Source: an uncultured delta proteobacterium (GTDB lineage: Bacteria > Myxococcota_A > Polyangia > Polyangiales > Polyangiaceae). Taken from it: a stretch of DNA of 64,000 nucleotides. A model generated the notes under the pieces. The model was not told the origin of the DNA. It saw only the letters and a list, made by a program, of their open reading frames with translations, and made no database searches. The stretch is taken from contig CAWDXG010000004.1 in assembly GCA_963806225.1 (NCBI GenBank), positions 2,528,001-2,592,000 of the forward strand, in the 5' to 3' direction. Of this stretch, positions 10,109 to 19,830 are shown piece by piece (the stretch's first letter is position 1; each line of letters opens with the position of its first letter). The translations under genes were made by a program, and so were the position numbers.

Positions 10109-10861
10109 ATGACCGCCGTCCAACCGCTCGAACGCCGCTCGCTGGTCGATCTGCTGACCGAAAAGCTCCGCGAGGAGATCCTCAGCGGCCGCTACAAAAA
10201 GGGCGCCACGCTGCCACCCGAGCGCGAGCTGGCCGAGTCGCTGCGCGTCAATCGCACCTCGCTCAAGCACGCGCTGATGCGCCTGGAGCAGCTCGGCCTG
10301 ATCGCCATCCGCCACGGCATCGGCTCGATCGTGCTGGATCCGACGGAGACGGCGGGCGCCGAGCTCATCGCGCACCTAGTGTTCCGCGAGCAGGGCATCG
10401 ACGGCAAGATGCTCGGCGATCTCATCGAAGCGCGCACGCTGCTGGGCGGCTTCCTGGCGCGGCTCGCGGCGGAGCGCTGCCATCCCGAGGATCTCGACCG
10501 CATGGACGCGCTCATCGCCGAGCTCGCCGACGAGTCGCTTCCGCCCGCGGACGTGCAGCGGGTGGAGCTCGAGTTCTTCCGCGCGTCGCTCTTGGCCACG
10601 AACAACAAGGTCTTCGCGCTGCTCGCGAACTCGATGTTCTCGGTCTATCGCTCGCGCGCCTCGATGTTCGAGGACGCCTTCATCGACCGGGCCTTCGTGC
10701 ACCAGTCGGTGACGCGCATCCGCGATGCCATCGAGGACGGCGACAGCACTGGCGCCGAGCGCGCCGCACTCGAATATCTCCGCGAGAACGGCGAGCGACT
10801 GGTCACCGCCGCGGTCAGCCGCATGAGCGAAGAGCCGAAACGCGAAAAGGGCAGGAAATAG
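10109..10861 (+). CDS. GntR family (FadR subfamily) regulator
   Basis: LPPERELAESLRVNRTSLKHAL..LEQLGLI..RHGIG wHTH plus an FCD-like domain. Confidence 0.92.
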   Translation: MTAVQPLERRSLVDLLTEKLREEILSGRYKKGATLPPERELAESLRVNRTSLKHALMRLEQLGLIAIRHGIGSIVLDPTETAGAELIAHLVFREQGIDGKMLGDLIEARTLLGGFLARLAAERCHPEDLDRMDALIAELADESLPPADVQRVELEFFRASLLATNNKVFALLANSMFSVYRSRASMFEDAFIDRAFVHQSVTRIRDAIEDGDSTGAERAALEYLRENGERLVTAAVSRMSEEPKREKGRK

Positions 10862-10879
10862 CCCTCGAGGGAGGCCCCG

Positions 10880-11356
10880 ATGAGCATCGGACTACACGGA
10901 TTCAGCGAGACGATGAGCGGTACCTGGACGCCGGTCGACGGCAGCGGTCGCCGCGTGCTGTCGTTCAGCGTCGACGCCGACGCCACGAACGCCCTTCTGT
11001 ACCTGAAAGACGGCGCGATGGAGCTTTCCGGCACCATGCGCGCCGAAGGGCTCGCCACCGAAGCACCGGCTGAGGGGACGCTCGAGGTGCAGCCGCTGCG
11101 CCGCCGCATCGCCTACAGCCTCGAGTTCAAGGGCGACGACGGAAAGCTGTACCGCTTCGACGGGCGGAAGACGCTGTCCTTGTTCCGCCCGCTCAAGGGC
11201 GCCACCACCCTGCCGGGCGAGCTCACCGACCGCCACGGCGCGCTCGTCGGCCGCGCGCTGGTTCGCTTCGACCTGCGCCGCGATCTCGTGAGCTTCCTCC
11301 GCACCTTCCGCCCCGCGCGTAGCGAACCGCGCCAGCTTTCCCCGAAGACGACATGA
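10880..11356 (+). CDS. Hypothetical beta-rich protein coupled to the GMC oxidoreductase
   Basis: FSETMSG..YSLEFKGDDGKLYRFDGRK; SD GGAGG; overlaps the next start codon. Confidence 0.75.
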   Translation: MSIGLHGFSETMSGTWTPVDGSGRRVLSFSVDADATNALLYLKDGAMELSGTMRAEGLATEAPAEGTLEVQPLRRRIAYSLEFKGDDGKLYRFDGRKTLSLFRPLKGATTLPGELTDRHGALVGRALVRFDLRRDLVSFLRTFRPARSEPRQLSPKTT

Positions 11357-13332
11357 CCACGACCTCCCCTGATCTGGTGCAAATCTCGGCCAAGCCCGCG
11401 GAAGCGCCGCCCGCGGAGCTTCCCGGCGAGCGCGCCCGCGCCGTGTTCGGCGAGCGCGGCCTCACCGTCGCCCGCGCGCTGGCCGAGGCCGTGCTGCCGT
11501 CCGGCACGCTTCTGCCCGCCGCCGACGAACGCACTCTGGATCGCTGGGCCGGCGCCGTGCGCTACTTCGGAGTCCCCGAGTCGGCCTTCCCGCGCCTGCT
11601 CGATCTGCTGGAGGTGGCGACCCTGCCCCGCTACAGGAAGCGCTTTACGCAGCTTTCCAGACAGGACCGCGCGGACTTCGTCTTCAGCTGGCACGACAAG
11701 GATCCGCTGCGCCGCGCGCTGTTCCTGGCGCTCGTCTACCCGCTTCGCAACGCCCACTTCGACGACAAGGGCGTCTACCAGAAGCTCGGCTGCGTCTGGG
11801 AAAACCCCGCCGTCGCCGACGCCACGCCGCGCTGGATGCAGCAGGTGAGCTCCGCTGCCGATCTCGACGAGGAGGAGATCGAGTGCGAGGTCGTCGTGGT
11901 GGGCACGGGAGCGGGGGGTGCGGTGGTCGCCAAGGAGCTGGCCGAGCGCGGGGTGGCCGTGCTGCTCGTGGAAGAAGGCGAGTACTACCAGCGCAAGGAC
12001 TTCATCCGCCGCTCGATGCCGGGCATGCGCCGCCTGTACAAGAACGGCGGACTCACCGGCGTCGTGGGCAACTGCGTGATCCCGATCCCGCTCGGCAAGA
12101 ACGTCGGCGGCTCCACCACCATCAACACCGGCACCTGCCTGCGCGCACCCGACTGGATCCTCGACCGCTGGCGGAGCGAGCATGGCCTCTCCGACTTCAC
12201 GCCCGACTACCTCGGCCAGTTCTACGACAAGGTCGAGTCGACGCTGGAGGTCGCTCCCGCAACGGAGAAGGCCAACGGCGCGCCCGCCCGGGTCGTCGCA
12301 GAGGGCTGCGACGCGCTCGGATGGAGCCACTTCCCCGTGCCACGCAATGCGCCGGGCTGCGACGGACAGGGAGTCTGCCAATGGGGCTGCCCGACCGAGG
12401 CCAAGCGCAGCATGAACGTGTCCTACGTACCGATGGCGCTCGAGCGCGGCGCAGCGCTCGTCACGGGATTGAAGGTCGAGCGCGTCCTGGTCGAAAACGG
12501 GCGCGCCGTCGGCGTGAGCGGGCGCGCCGTCGCCAACGGCCGGCAAATCCGCGTCCGCGCGCGCGGCGTGGTGCTCGCGTGCGGATCGATGGCCACACCC
12601 GCGTTGCTCCTGAAAAACCGCCTTGCCAACTCCAGCGGCCAGGTCGGCAAAAACCTCACCATCCACCCCGCCACCGGCGTCAGCGCGCTGTTCGACCGCG
12701 ACATCCGCGGCTTCGAGCACGTGCCGCAGGGCCACGGCGTCGACCAGTTCCACCGCGACGGCATGCTCATGCTCGGCGCCGGCGCGCCGCTCGACATGGG
12801 CGCGAACATGTTCCCCTACGTGGGTGACCGCTACATGGAGCTGATGCAGCGCTACGATCGCATCGCCTCCTACGGCGTGATGGTCGAGGACCGCCCCAAC
12901 GGGCGCATCGTGCTCGGCCCCGGCGGAGTGCCGATCCCGCTCTACCGCCTCGGCAGGCACGAGCGGCGCCTGCTCGCCCGCGGCAGCGCCGCGGTGGCGC
13001 GTATCTTCCGCGCCGCCGGCGCGCGCGAGATCTTCACGGAGATCAAGGGCCACGAGGAGCTCGCGACCCTCGAGGACATCGAGCGGCTCGAGCGGAGCTG
13101 CCCGAGCCCGCTCGACATCATCATGATCGCCTTCCACCCCCTCGGCACCTGCCGCATGGGCGCCGACCCGGAGAAGAGCGTCGTCGACAGCTACCACGAG
13201 ACGCACGACGTACCCGGGCTGTACATCGTCGACGGCTCCGTCGTGCCCACCAGCATCGCCGTCAACACGCAGCTCACGATCATGGCGCTCGCCACGCGCG
13301 CGGCATCGCTGATCGCCGAACGGTTCAACTAG
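11353..13332 (+). CDS. GMC family FAD oxidoreductase
   Basis: VVVGTGAGG, VGGSTTIN, C-x-G-x-G-x-C-x-x-G-C, HPLGTCRMG, DGSVVPTS..N. Confidence 0.92.
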   Translation: MTTTSPDLVQISAKPAEAPPAELPGERARAVFGERGLTVARALAEAVLPSGTLLPAADERTLDRWAGAVRYFGVPESAFPRLLDLLEVATLPRYRKRFTQLSRQDRADFVFSWHDKDPLRRALFLALVYPLRNAHFDDKGVYQKLGCVWENPAVADATPRWMQQVSSAADLDEEEIECEVVVVGTGAGGAVVAKELAERGVAVLLVEEGEYYQRKDFIRRSMPGMRRLYKNGGLTGVVGNCVIPIPLGKNVGGSTTINTGTCLRAPDWILDRWRSEHGLSDFTPDYLGQFYDKVESTLEVAPATEKANGAPARVVAEGCDALGWSHFPVPRNAPGCDGQGVCQWGCPTEAKRSMNVSYVPMALERGAALVTGLKVERVLVENGRAVGVSGRAVANGRQIRVRARGVVLACGSMATPALLLKNRLANSSGQVGKNLTIHPATGVSALFDRDIRGFEHVPQGHGVDQFHRDGMLMLGAGAPLDMGANMFPYVGDRYMELMQRYDRIASYGVMVEDRPNGRIVLGPGGVPIPLYRLGRHERRLLARGSAAVARIFRAAGAREIFTEIKGHEELATLEDIERLERSCPSPLDIIMIAFHPLGTCRMGADPEKSVVDSYHETHDVPGLYIVDGSVVPTSIAVNTQLTIMALATRAASLIAERFN

Positions 13333-13562
13333 AGCGCCGCACGCCGCGGACGGGGGCAGGGCCTGCTCTGGGGTGGTCGACGGCTGGCGCTGCGACGGCA
13401 ACACTGTCTACCAGCGCGATCACGACACGCACGGCAAGGGCGCCTTCTGCCTCGGCTGCCAACTCGATGCGAGCGGAGCACCTTTCACCAGATACGGCCG
13501 CGTGTGCCCCGAGTTCTAGCGGGTTCCCGTCGCACCCCGCCGGCGAGTGACCACGCGGCGGT

Positions 13563-16017
13563 CTACTTCTCGATCATCTTGTCGCCGAACAGATCCTTTT
13601 CGAGCTTCTTCATCCTGTTCGACAGCGTCTTCTTCTTGAACAGCGAGTAGCTGACCATGGCCTTTCCGGCGAGCGCGGCGTCGAGCTTGACGCCGCCGAT
13701 CTTGTCGATGCGGTAGCCCTGCTCCACCTTTCCGCCGCGCGGGTCGGAGGTGTACAGCACCGTGTCGTAGCTGCCGTTGTTGTCGGTGTCGTAGTAGGCC
13801 CAGGCGAGGCCGTTGCGCTGGAAGTAGGCGAACTCGGCGTCGACCTTGCCCTTCTTGACGAGCTTGTTCACGTCGAGCTTCTTCAGCGACTTGAAGCGCA
13901 GCGTGCTCTCGTCCAGGTCCACCAGGTAGCCATCGCTCCCCTGCCCCTGCGCGACCACGACCGAGCGTTTCTCCGCTTTCGTCTTCATCAAGGAGAAGCC
14001 CACACCGCGGTGGTCCTTGATCGGATCCGGAAAGGAGCCGAGCCCTGCATCCGACGCCGAGAGGATCGACAGGAAGCTCTTGTCGACCATCGTGCGCAGC
14101 CGCGCGGCCATCGCGCCGTGCCCGAGCAGCTCCGGTCGGATCAGCTTGCGGCCGATGTCCTCCGGCGCCGGTGTGCGCTTGCCGTTGGCGTCGACGTGCC
14201 AGGCCTCGGCCGCGACGTAGAGCCGCGTCCTCGGCGAGTGCAGCACCAGATCCATACGCCCGTCGTTGTCCGTGTCGTACCAGACCCACATGTGCGTGCT
14301 CTGCGTGATGATGGACGCCTCCGGGTCGAGCACGCCGGGCTTGAGCGTCTTCTGCAGGTCGAACGTGAACGGCAGCGAGCTCACGGAATTCTGGTCGGCG
14401 TCCAGCACGAGCCGCGTGCTGAAGGCGTTGGAGACGCGGATGGCGTCCTTCACGCCGTCGTGATCCGAGATCCTCCGTCATGCCCTTGCCGGTGCTGCCG
14501 ACCGCATCGGGCAGCGTGTCGCCGAGCGACGACGAGGCCTCCACGTAGCGGTCGGGAAACGCCGCCGAGGCCACTCGCTGCAGCCGCTGGCGGAGCGATA
14601 CGTCCTTCATCAGGCTCATGCGGATCACGCGCCCGCTGATGAGCGAGTCGTCTTTTTCGAGCGCGCCGCTCTTGTCGATTCGGTAGGCCGCGCTGGCGCG
14701 CCCGGTCGTGCCCTGGTCCACGAGCAGCACGTCGTAGCGCCCGTCGTTGTCCGTGTCGTACCAGACCAGCGAGCGCCCCTCGAGCCTGAGGTAGACGACC
14801 TCGGCGTCGAAGTCGCGCTTCTTGTACGTGTCGGCGAGATCGGGCAGCGCGCTCTTTCCCTTGTAGCTGTTCTGGTCGAGATCCATGAACACCGCCGCGC
14901 TCTGCCGCGTGCAGTAGAAGCAGGCGCGCCGGCCCTGCAGGAGCAGCACGTCGACCTTGCCGTCCAGGTCGGCGTCCTCGTAGCTCGCGTCGCCGCCGCC
15001 GTCGCGCCACGGGTCGGGCACGAGCTGGGCGGGTTTGTCCGGATGATGCGCCAGGAACTTCCGGATCTCGTTGACGTGGACGTGGAAGCTCAATAGCCCT
15101 CCCGTCCGCGGGTCCTTGTTGGAAAAGGCGTTCAGCCCGACAAGCTCGCCGCCGTTGGTCACCAAAGGTCCGCCGCTGTCGCCGGGCAGGATGTTGCAGG
15201 TCGACTGGATGACGAGCCCGAGGTTCTGCTTGTCCAAAAACTTCTTGAACTGCGCGGAGGCTTTCTGGCCCGCCGCGTCGCTCTTGAAGCTGGCAAGCGT
15301 CGCCAGGTGATCGGACAGCTTGCCGAGTGCGGAGATCTCGCCGGCCTTGATCGCCCACAGCATTCCCGCACCCGCGTTGCCGATCGCGATCACCGGCTCG
15401 CCCGGGATCGGCTTCTTGCCCGCCAGCGGCACGAACGGCAGCTTCTTCGGCGCGTGCTCGATCTTGAGCAGAGCCAGATCCCGCAGCTTGTCGTCCTTGT
15501 AGACGTACGCGACGTACTGCTTCTTGTCGCGCTCCATGCCGCCGCTGCTCTTGTCGATATGGCCGAGCACGATCTTGACGTGCGTCTTGAAGTTCTCGGT
15601 GGTGCCGTGCTCGATAACGTGGTGGTTCGTCAGCACCCAGCCGGCCGGGTCGATGATGACGCCGCTACCGAGCCCGCCGTTCACCCGCACGATCACCGTG
15701 GCCGGCGCCACAGTGCGGTACACCTCCTCGGCGCTCTTCGGCGGGCGCGGCGCCGAGCGCACCACGCCGAGGCTGTCCGGCGCGACCGCGTTGCGCGCAC
15801 GGCGATCGATCAGCTTCGGGCTGGCAACGCGCTCGCTCTTCGGGATGGCCTGCTTGTTCTTTTCGAGCTGGGTGGTCTGGGTGACCGCGCTGCTCTCCTC
15901 GTGCTGGGCGGGCGCGGCCGGCGGCGGCGCTGCGCCCCCGCAACCCACGCCCCCCGCGGCGAACGCGAGCAGCAACGCCCAGAGACCGGTCCTGCCCGAA
16001 ACTCCGAAAGCATCCAC
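13563..16017 (-). CDS. Secreted trypsin-like serine protease lipoprotein with DxDxDG-repeat domains (+1 frameshift near 14466)
   Basis: Lipobox VGC; GSGVII, TNHHV, RDLAL, GDSGG. GAT CTC (G) GAT CAC GAC GGC GTG AAG joins the two ORFs. SD GGAGGAG before GTG 16017. Confidence 0.85.
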
Positions 16018-16180
16018 GACGACACTCCTCCGTTGGGCCCCCACGCGCCGGGAACCCGCCTAATAGCCAGCAGCCCAGCCTAGCAGAGCGCCGGCCGCGG
16101 CTCATGGCTCTGGACACGCGCCGCCGGAGCGGACATGACAGCGACGTGACCGCGAGCACGATGGGAAGCAAGGCGACGAA

Positions 16181-16780
16181 ATGACGTGGGAAAACGCCTG
16201 GCGGGAAGGCAGGACAGGCTGGGATGCGGGCGGCTCGCCGCCGGCACTGCTCGAGCTATTGCGTTCGGGCTCGCTGCCGGAGGGGCGCGCGCTCGTGCCG
16301 GGATGCGGCACTGGCTACGACGTGCTGACGCTCGCCTCGGAGCGGCGCGCGGTGACCGGGCTCGATGTGGCGCCCACGGCGGCCACGCGCTTCGAGACGC
16401 TGCGCCGAGAGCTCGGCGTACCGGAAGCGCAGGCGCGCGTCGTCGTGACCGACTTCTTCGACTTCGAACCGGACGACCGCTTCGAGCTGGCGTGGGACTA
16501 CACGTTCTTCTGCGCCATCGACCCCGAGCGTCGCGCGGCGTGGGGGCGGCGCATGGCCGAGCTGATCGCACCGGGCGGGCTCGTCGTGTCGCTGGTGTTC
16601 CCCGTCGTGCCCGGCGCGCCGCCCGATCGCGGCCCGCCCTACGCCATCCACCCCGACGACCTGGGCGCGGCGCTCGGCGACGCGTTCGAAAGCGTGTCGG
16701 TCGAGCCCGTCACCGAGAGCCACTCCGGGCGCGAAGGCAAGGAGCTGCTCGCCCGCTGGCGCCGTCGCGAGTCGGTGTAG
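16181..16780 (+). CDS. TPMT / thiol-halide-like SAM-dependent methyltransferase
   Basis: WDAGG, ALVPGCGTGYD, WDYTFFCAI, GPPY. Confidence 0.88.
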   Translation: MTWENAWREGRTGWDAGGSPPALLELLRSGSLPEGRALVPGCGTGYDVLTLASERRAVTGLDVAPTAATRFETLRRELGVPEAQARVVVTDFFDFEPDDRFELAWDYTFFCAIDPERRAAWGRRMAELIAPGGLVVSLVFPVVPGAPPDRGPPYAIHPDDLGAALGDAFESVSVEPVTESHSGREGKELLARWRRRESV

Positions 16781-16784
16781 ACTC

Positions 16785-17222
16785 GTGGGCATGTTGCGCC
16801 GCACGCTGCTTCTCGCACCGGTTCTGCTTGCCTTCGCCGCCTGCGGCGGGCCGAGCTCGACGCTGCACACACTGCACCCGCCGACCGGCAAGGGCAATGT
16901 GGACTTCCAGGTGGAAAATCGCAGCGACGTGCCCATCAACAATTTCTACCTGGCGCCGACGGCGCGCCTGCGCGCGGCCCACGTGGAGCGGCTCGACCCC
17001 GACTCGCCCGACGCCGCCACCGCGTGGGGCCCCGATCGCCTGCCCGGCTCGGCGCTGGAAGTCGGCGGTCGCGTGCGGATCGCGGTACCGGAGCCGGGCC
17101 GCTACGACGCCCGCGCGGTCGACCGCGATGGCCGTTACCAGCACGTCGGCGGGCTCAGGCTCGGCGCCGGCGGCAAGTACATCCTCGAGTTGCACGAGGG
17201 CGGCTGGCGCCGGGCGCAATAG
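16785..17222 (+). CDS. Hypothetical lipoprotein
   Basis: Lipobox FAAC after a hydrophobic stretch. Confidence 0.7.
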   Translation: MGMLRRTLLLAPVLLAFAACGGPSSTLHTLHPPTGKGNVDFQVENRSDVPINNFYLAPTARLRAAHVERLDPDSPDAATAWGPDRLPGSALEVGGRVRIAVPEPGRYDARAVDRDGRYQHVGGLRLGAGGKYILELHEGGWRRAQ

Positions 17223-17261
17223 CGCGCCGAATAGGATCGACCGCCCGGGCGTTCGGAGCAC

Positions 17262-18389
17262 ATGGCGCCGCCTTCCGTGATCACGCGCCGCGCGTTCTCG
17301 CTGGGCGCGCTGGCCGCGCTCGCCGCGCCGGAGGTGCGCGCATCAGGCCTGTCGTCGCTGCCGCACGTGTCGCTCGGCTGCTTTCCGACACCGGTCGATC
17401 ACGCCGAAGAGCTCGGCGAGCACCTCGGCATCGCGCGGCTCTACGTCAAGCGCGACGACCTGGGCGGAAAGCCGTACGGCGGCAGCAAGCTGCGCAAGCT
17501 CGAACCGCTGCTCGGCCAGGCGCTGGCGCAGAAGCGGCAGCTCGTCGTGACGTTCGGCGGCGTCGGCTCGAACCAGGCCGTGGCGACCAGCGTCTACGCC
17601 TCGCGCCTGGGGATGAAGACGCTGCTGTTGCTCCTGCCGCAGCCGCCCAGCGCGGAAGTGCGTGAGAACCTCCTCGCCGACGCGAGCTATGGCGCCGAGC
17701 TCCGCATGTCGCCGGGACAGAGCGGACAGCGCGCCGCCGCGCTGCACCTCGCCGCCGCCCGCGGCGAGACGCCGTACATCATACCGATGGGCGGCTCCTC
17801 GCCGCTCGGCAACTCGGGCTTCGTGAAGGCGGCGCACGAGCTCGCCGCGCAGGTGCGAGCCGGCGTGTTGCCCGAGCCGGACGTGATCTACATCGCGATG
17901 GGCACGATGGGCAGCGCCGTGGGGCTCGCGCTCGGACTGCGCGCCGCCGGCATGAAGACGCACGTCGTCGCCGTCCGCGCCTCCAACCGCGGCACGTCCA
18001 CGCCCGCGCGCTTCTTCGCCCTCTCGCAACGCACCGCCGCGTTCCTCCATGCACACGACGCCGCGCTCAGCCCGCGCGCGCTGTCGCCCAGGGACGTGAC
18101 CCTCGACGGCCGCCACCTCGGCCGCGGCTACGCGCTGTCCACGCGCAAGGGCCGAGCCGCGATGAACCTGGCGCGCCATCTCGCAGGCCTCGAGCTCGAG
18201 CCCGTCTACACCGCCAAGGCGCTCTCGGCGCTCATCGACGACGCCCCTCACCTGGAGAACAAGGTCGTGCTGTTCTGGAACACCCACAACTCGCGCCCGC
18301 TCGACCTGCACGACGTCGCGCCCGGAGATCTGCCACGCGCCTTCCACGGCTATTTCGCCGGATCGCGCCAGGGCGGTGCCGCCCCTTGA
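17262..18389 (+). CDS. PLP-dependent D-cysteine desulfhydrase / ACC deaminase family protein
   Basis: FPTPV, YVKRDDL, GGSKLRKLE, GSNQ, IPMGGSS, LEPVYTAK. Confidence 0.88.
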   Translation: MAPPSVITRRAFSLGALAALAAPEVRASGLSSLPHVSLGCFPTPVDHAEELGEHLGIARLYVKRDDLGGKPYGGSKLRKLEPLLGQALAQKRQLVVTFGGVGSNQAVATSVYASRLGMKTLLLLLPQPPSAEVRENLLADASYGAELRMSPGQSGQRAAALHLAAARGETPYIIPMGGSSPLGNSGFVKAAHELAAQVRAGVLPEPDVIYIAMGTMGSAVGLALGLRAAGMKTHVVAVRASNRGTSTPARFFALSQRTAAFLHAHDAALSPRALSPRDVTLDGRHLGRGYALSTRKGRAAMNLARHLAGLELEPVYTAKALSALIDDAPHLENKVVLFWNTHNSRPLDLHDVAPGDLPRAFHGYFAGSRQGGAAP

Positions 18390-18465
18390 GGGGGTGGGTC
18401 CTGGCAGCCGCTGCGCCCGCAGCGCCGGCGCTACACCGCCGGCTGTTCGCGTCCCTGGCGCCGGC

Positions 18466-19830
18466 TCACGGCAAGAACCAGCCGGTGGCCTTTTTGCCGC
18501 ACTCCTGGCCGTCGAGCCAGCTGATGGTCGCATGCGTGGAGCCGGCGTAGCCGGGCCAGCCGGAGGTGGAGACGGTGCCGTCGCCGTTGGAGATGACGAC
18601 GTGACCGAAGCCGCCGTTGCAGCTGTTGGCCTCCCAGAACAGGATTGCGCCGCAGGGCGCGTTCTCGCCGGCAGTGAGCTTGCCGGCAGCTTGAACCTGG
18701 TGCAACGCATCCTTGGCCGACGCCGCAGCGATGAGCGAGATATTCTTCCCCGCGTTCGAGTAGGCGTCGTACACGAACTTCAGACACCAGTCGCTCCACT
18801 GCGACGAGCAGCACGATAGCTGCGAGGCCTCCCACTGCAGCGCGGAGTTCGCCGTCGCGGTGCACGAATTCTTGCAGTAGTCAGGGCTACCCGAGGCCGC
18901 CGTCACGCAGCCGTTCGCGCAGTGCTGCTCGATGGTGAGCGTGCCGTTCTGGCAGTTGTAGAGCGTGTTGGCGTCGCCGTTCACGCCATCGCTGCCGCAG
19001 TACAGGCCGTTGCCGCCCGGACAGCTGCCGCCGCCGCTGCTGCCGCTGTAGCAGGTGTCCGCGGTGCCGGGCGGCGCGATCAGGCAGCCGTTCGAGCACA
19101 CCTGCTTCACGGTGACAGTGCCGTTCTGGCAGTTGTAGAGCGTGTTCGAGTCGAGCCCGAGCCCGTCGTCGCCGCAATAGGCGCCGTTGCCGCCGCTCGG
19201 GCAGCTGCCGCACGAGTCGGGCGTGCCCGGCGCATTGGTTGTGCACGAACCGGGACAGACCTGGATGGCCGTGAGCGTGCCGCCCTTGCACTCGTACAGC
19301 GTGTTGGCATCGCCGTTGACGCCGTCGCCACCGCAGTACTTGCCGTCTCCATCCGGACAGCTTCCGCAGTGATCGACGATGCAGCTGCCGGAGCACTTCT
19401 TCTTCACGGTCCAGCTGCCGTTATTGCAGGTGTACAGCGTGTCCAGATTGGGAGCAGCCGGGTTCTGCGCGCTGCCGCAGTAGTTTCCGTTGCCGCTCGG
19501 ACATGCAGGCGCGCCGCCAGAGCCGCTGCTGCCGCCGCTGCTGCTGCCACCGGTGGAGCTGCCGCCCGTGCCGGAGCCCGCGCTGCCGCCGCTGCTGCTA
19601 CCGCCCGTGGAGCTACCGCCCGTGGAGCTGCCGCCGGTCGCCGATCCTCCGCTGCCGCCCGCAGCGGTGCCGCCGGTGTTGTGGCCGCCGCCCCCGTCGG
19701 GCCAACCCGAAGTGCTCACCCCGCCCGAGCCGCCACCGGAGCCGCCAGAGCCGCCTTGTGACGACGGGCCTCGGCCCGCCGCGCAGGAAACAAGGAACAC
19801 CGCGAAAAGCCCGGACGCCAAAGCACGCAT
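18466..19830 (-). CDS. Lipoprotein with Gly/Ser linker, four Cys-rich repeats and a C-terminal CHAP/NlpC-P60-like domain
   Basis: Lipobox LVSC; four CPxG(N/D)GxYCG..TLYxC repeats; WCLKFV...GAILFW...GFGHVVIS Cys/His dyad pattern. Confidence 0.8.
   Translation of the reverse strand: MRALASGLFAVFLVSCAAGRGPSSQGGSGGSGGGSGGVSTSGWPDGGGGHNTGGTAAGGSGGSATGGSSTGGSSTGGSSSGGSAGSGTGGSSTGGSSSGGSSGSGGAPACPSGNGNYCGSAQNPAAPNLDTLYTCNNGSWTVKKKCSGSCIVDHCGSCPDGDGKYCGGDGVNGDANTLYECKGGTLTAIQVCPGSCTTNAPGTPDSCGSCPSGGNGAYCGDDGLGLDSNTLYNCQNGTVTVKQVCSNGCLIAPPGTADTCYSGSSGGGSCPGGNGLYCGSDGVNGDANTLYNCQNGTLTIEQHCANGCVTAASGSPDYCKNSCTATANSALQWEASQLSCCSSQWSDWCLKFVYDAYSNAGKNISLIAAASAKDALHQVQAAGKLTAGENAPCGAILFWEANSCNGGFGHVVISNGDGTVSTSGWPGYAGSTHATISWLDGQECGKKATGWFLP

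Noticed and set aside
19500..19760. Gly/Ser-coding tandem repeats (also ~61090-61330) as a CRISPR-like array
   Set aside because: These are low-complexity protein linkers with no repeat-spacer structure.
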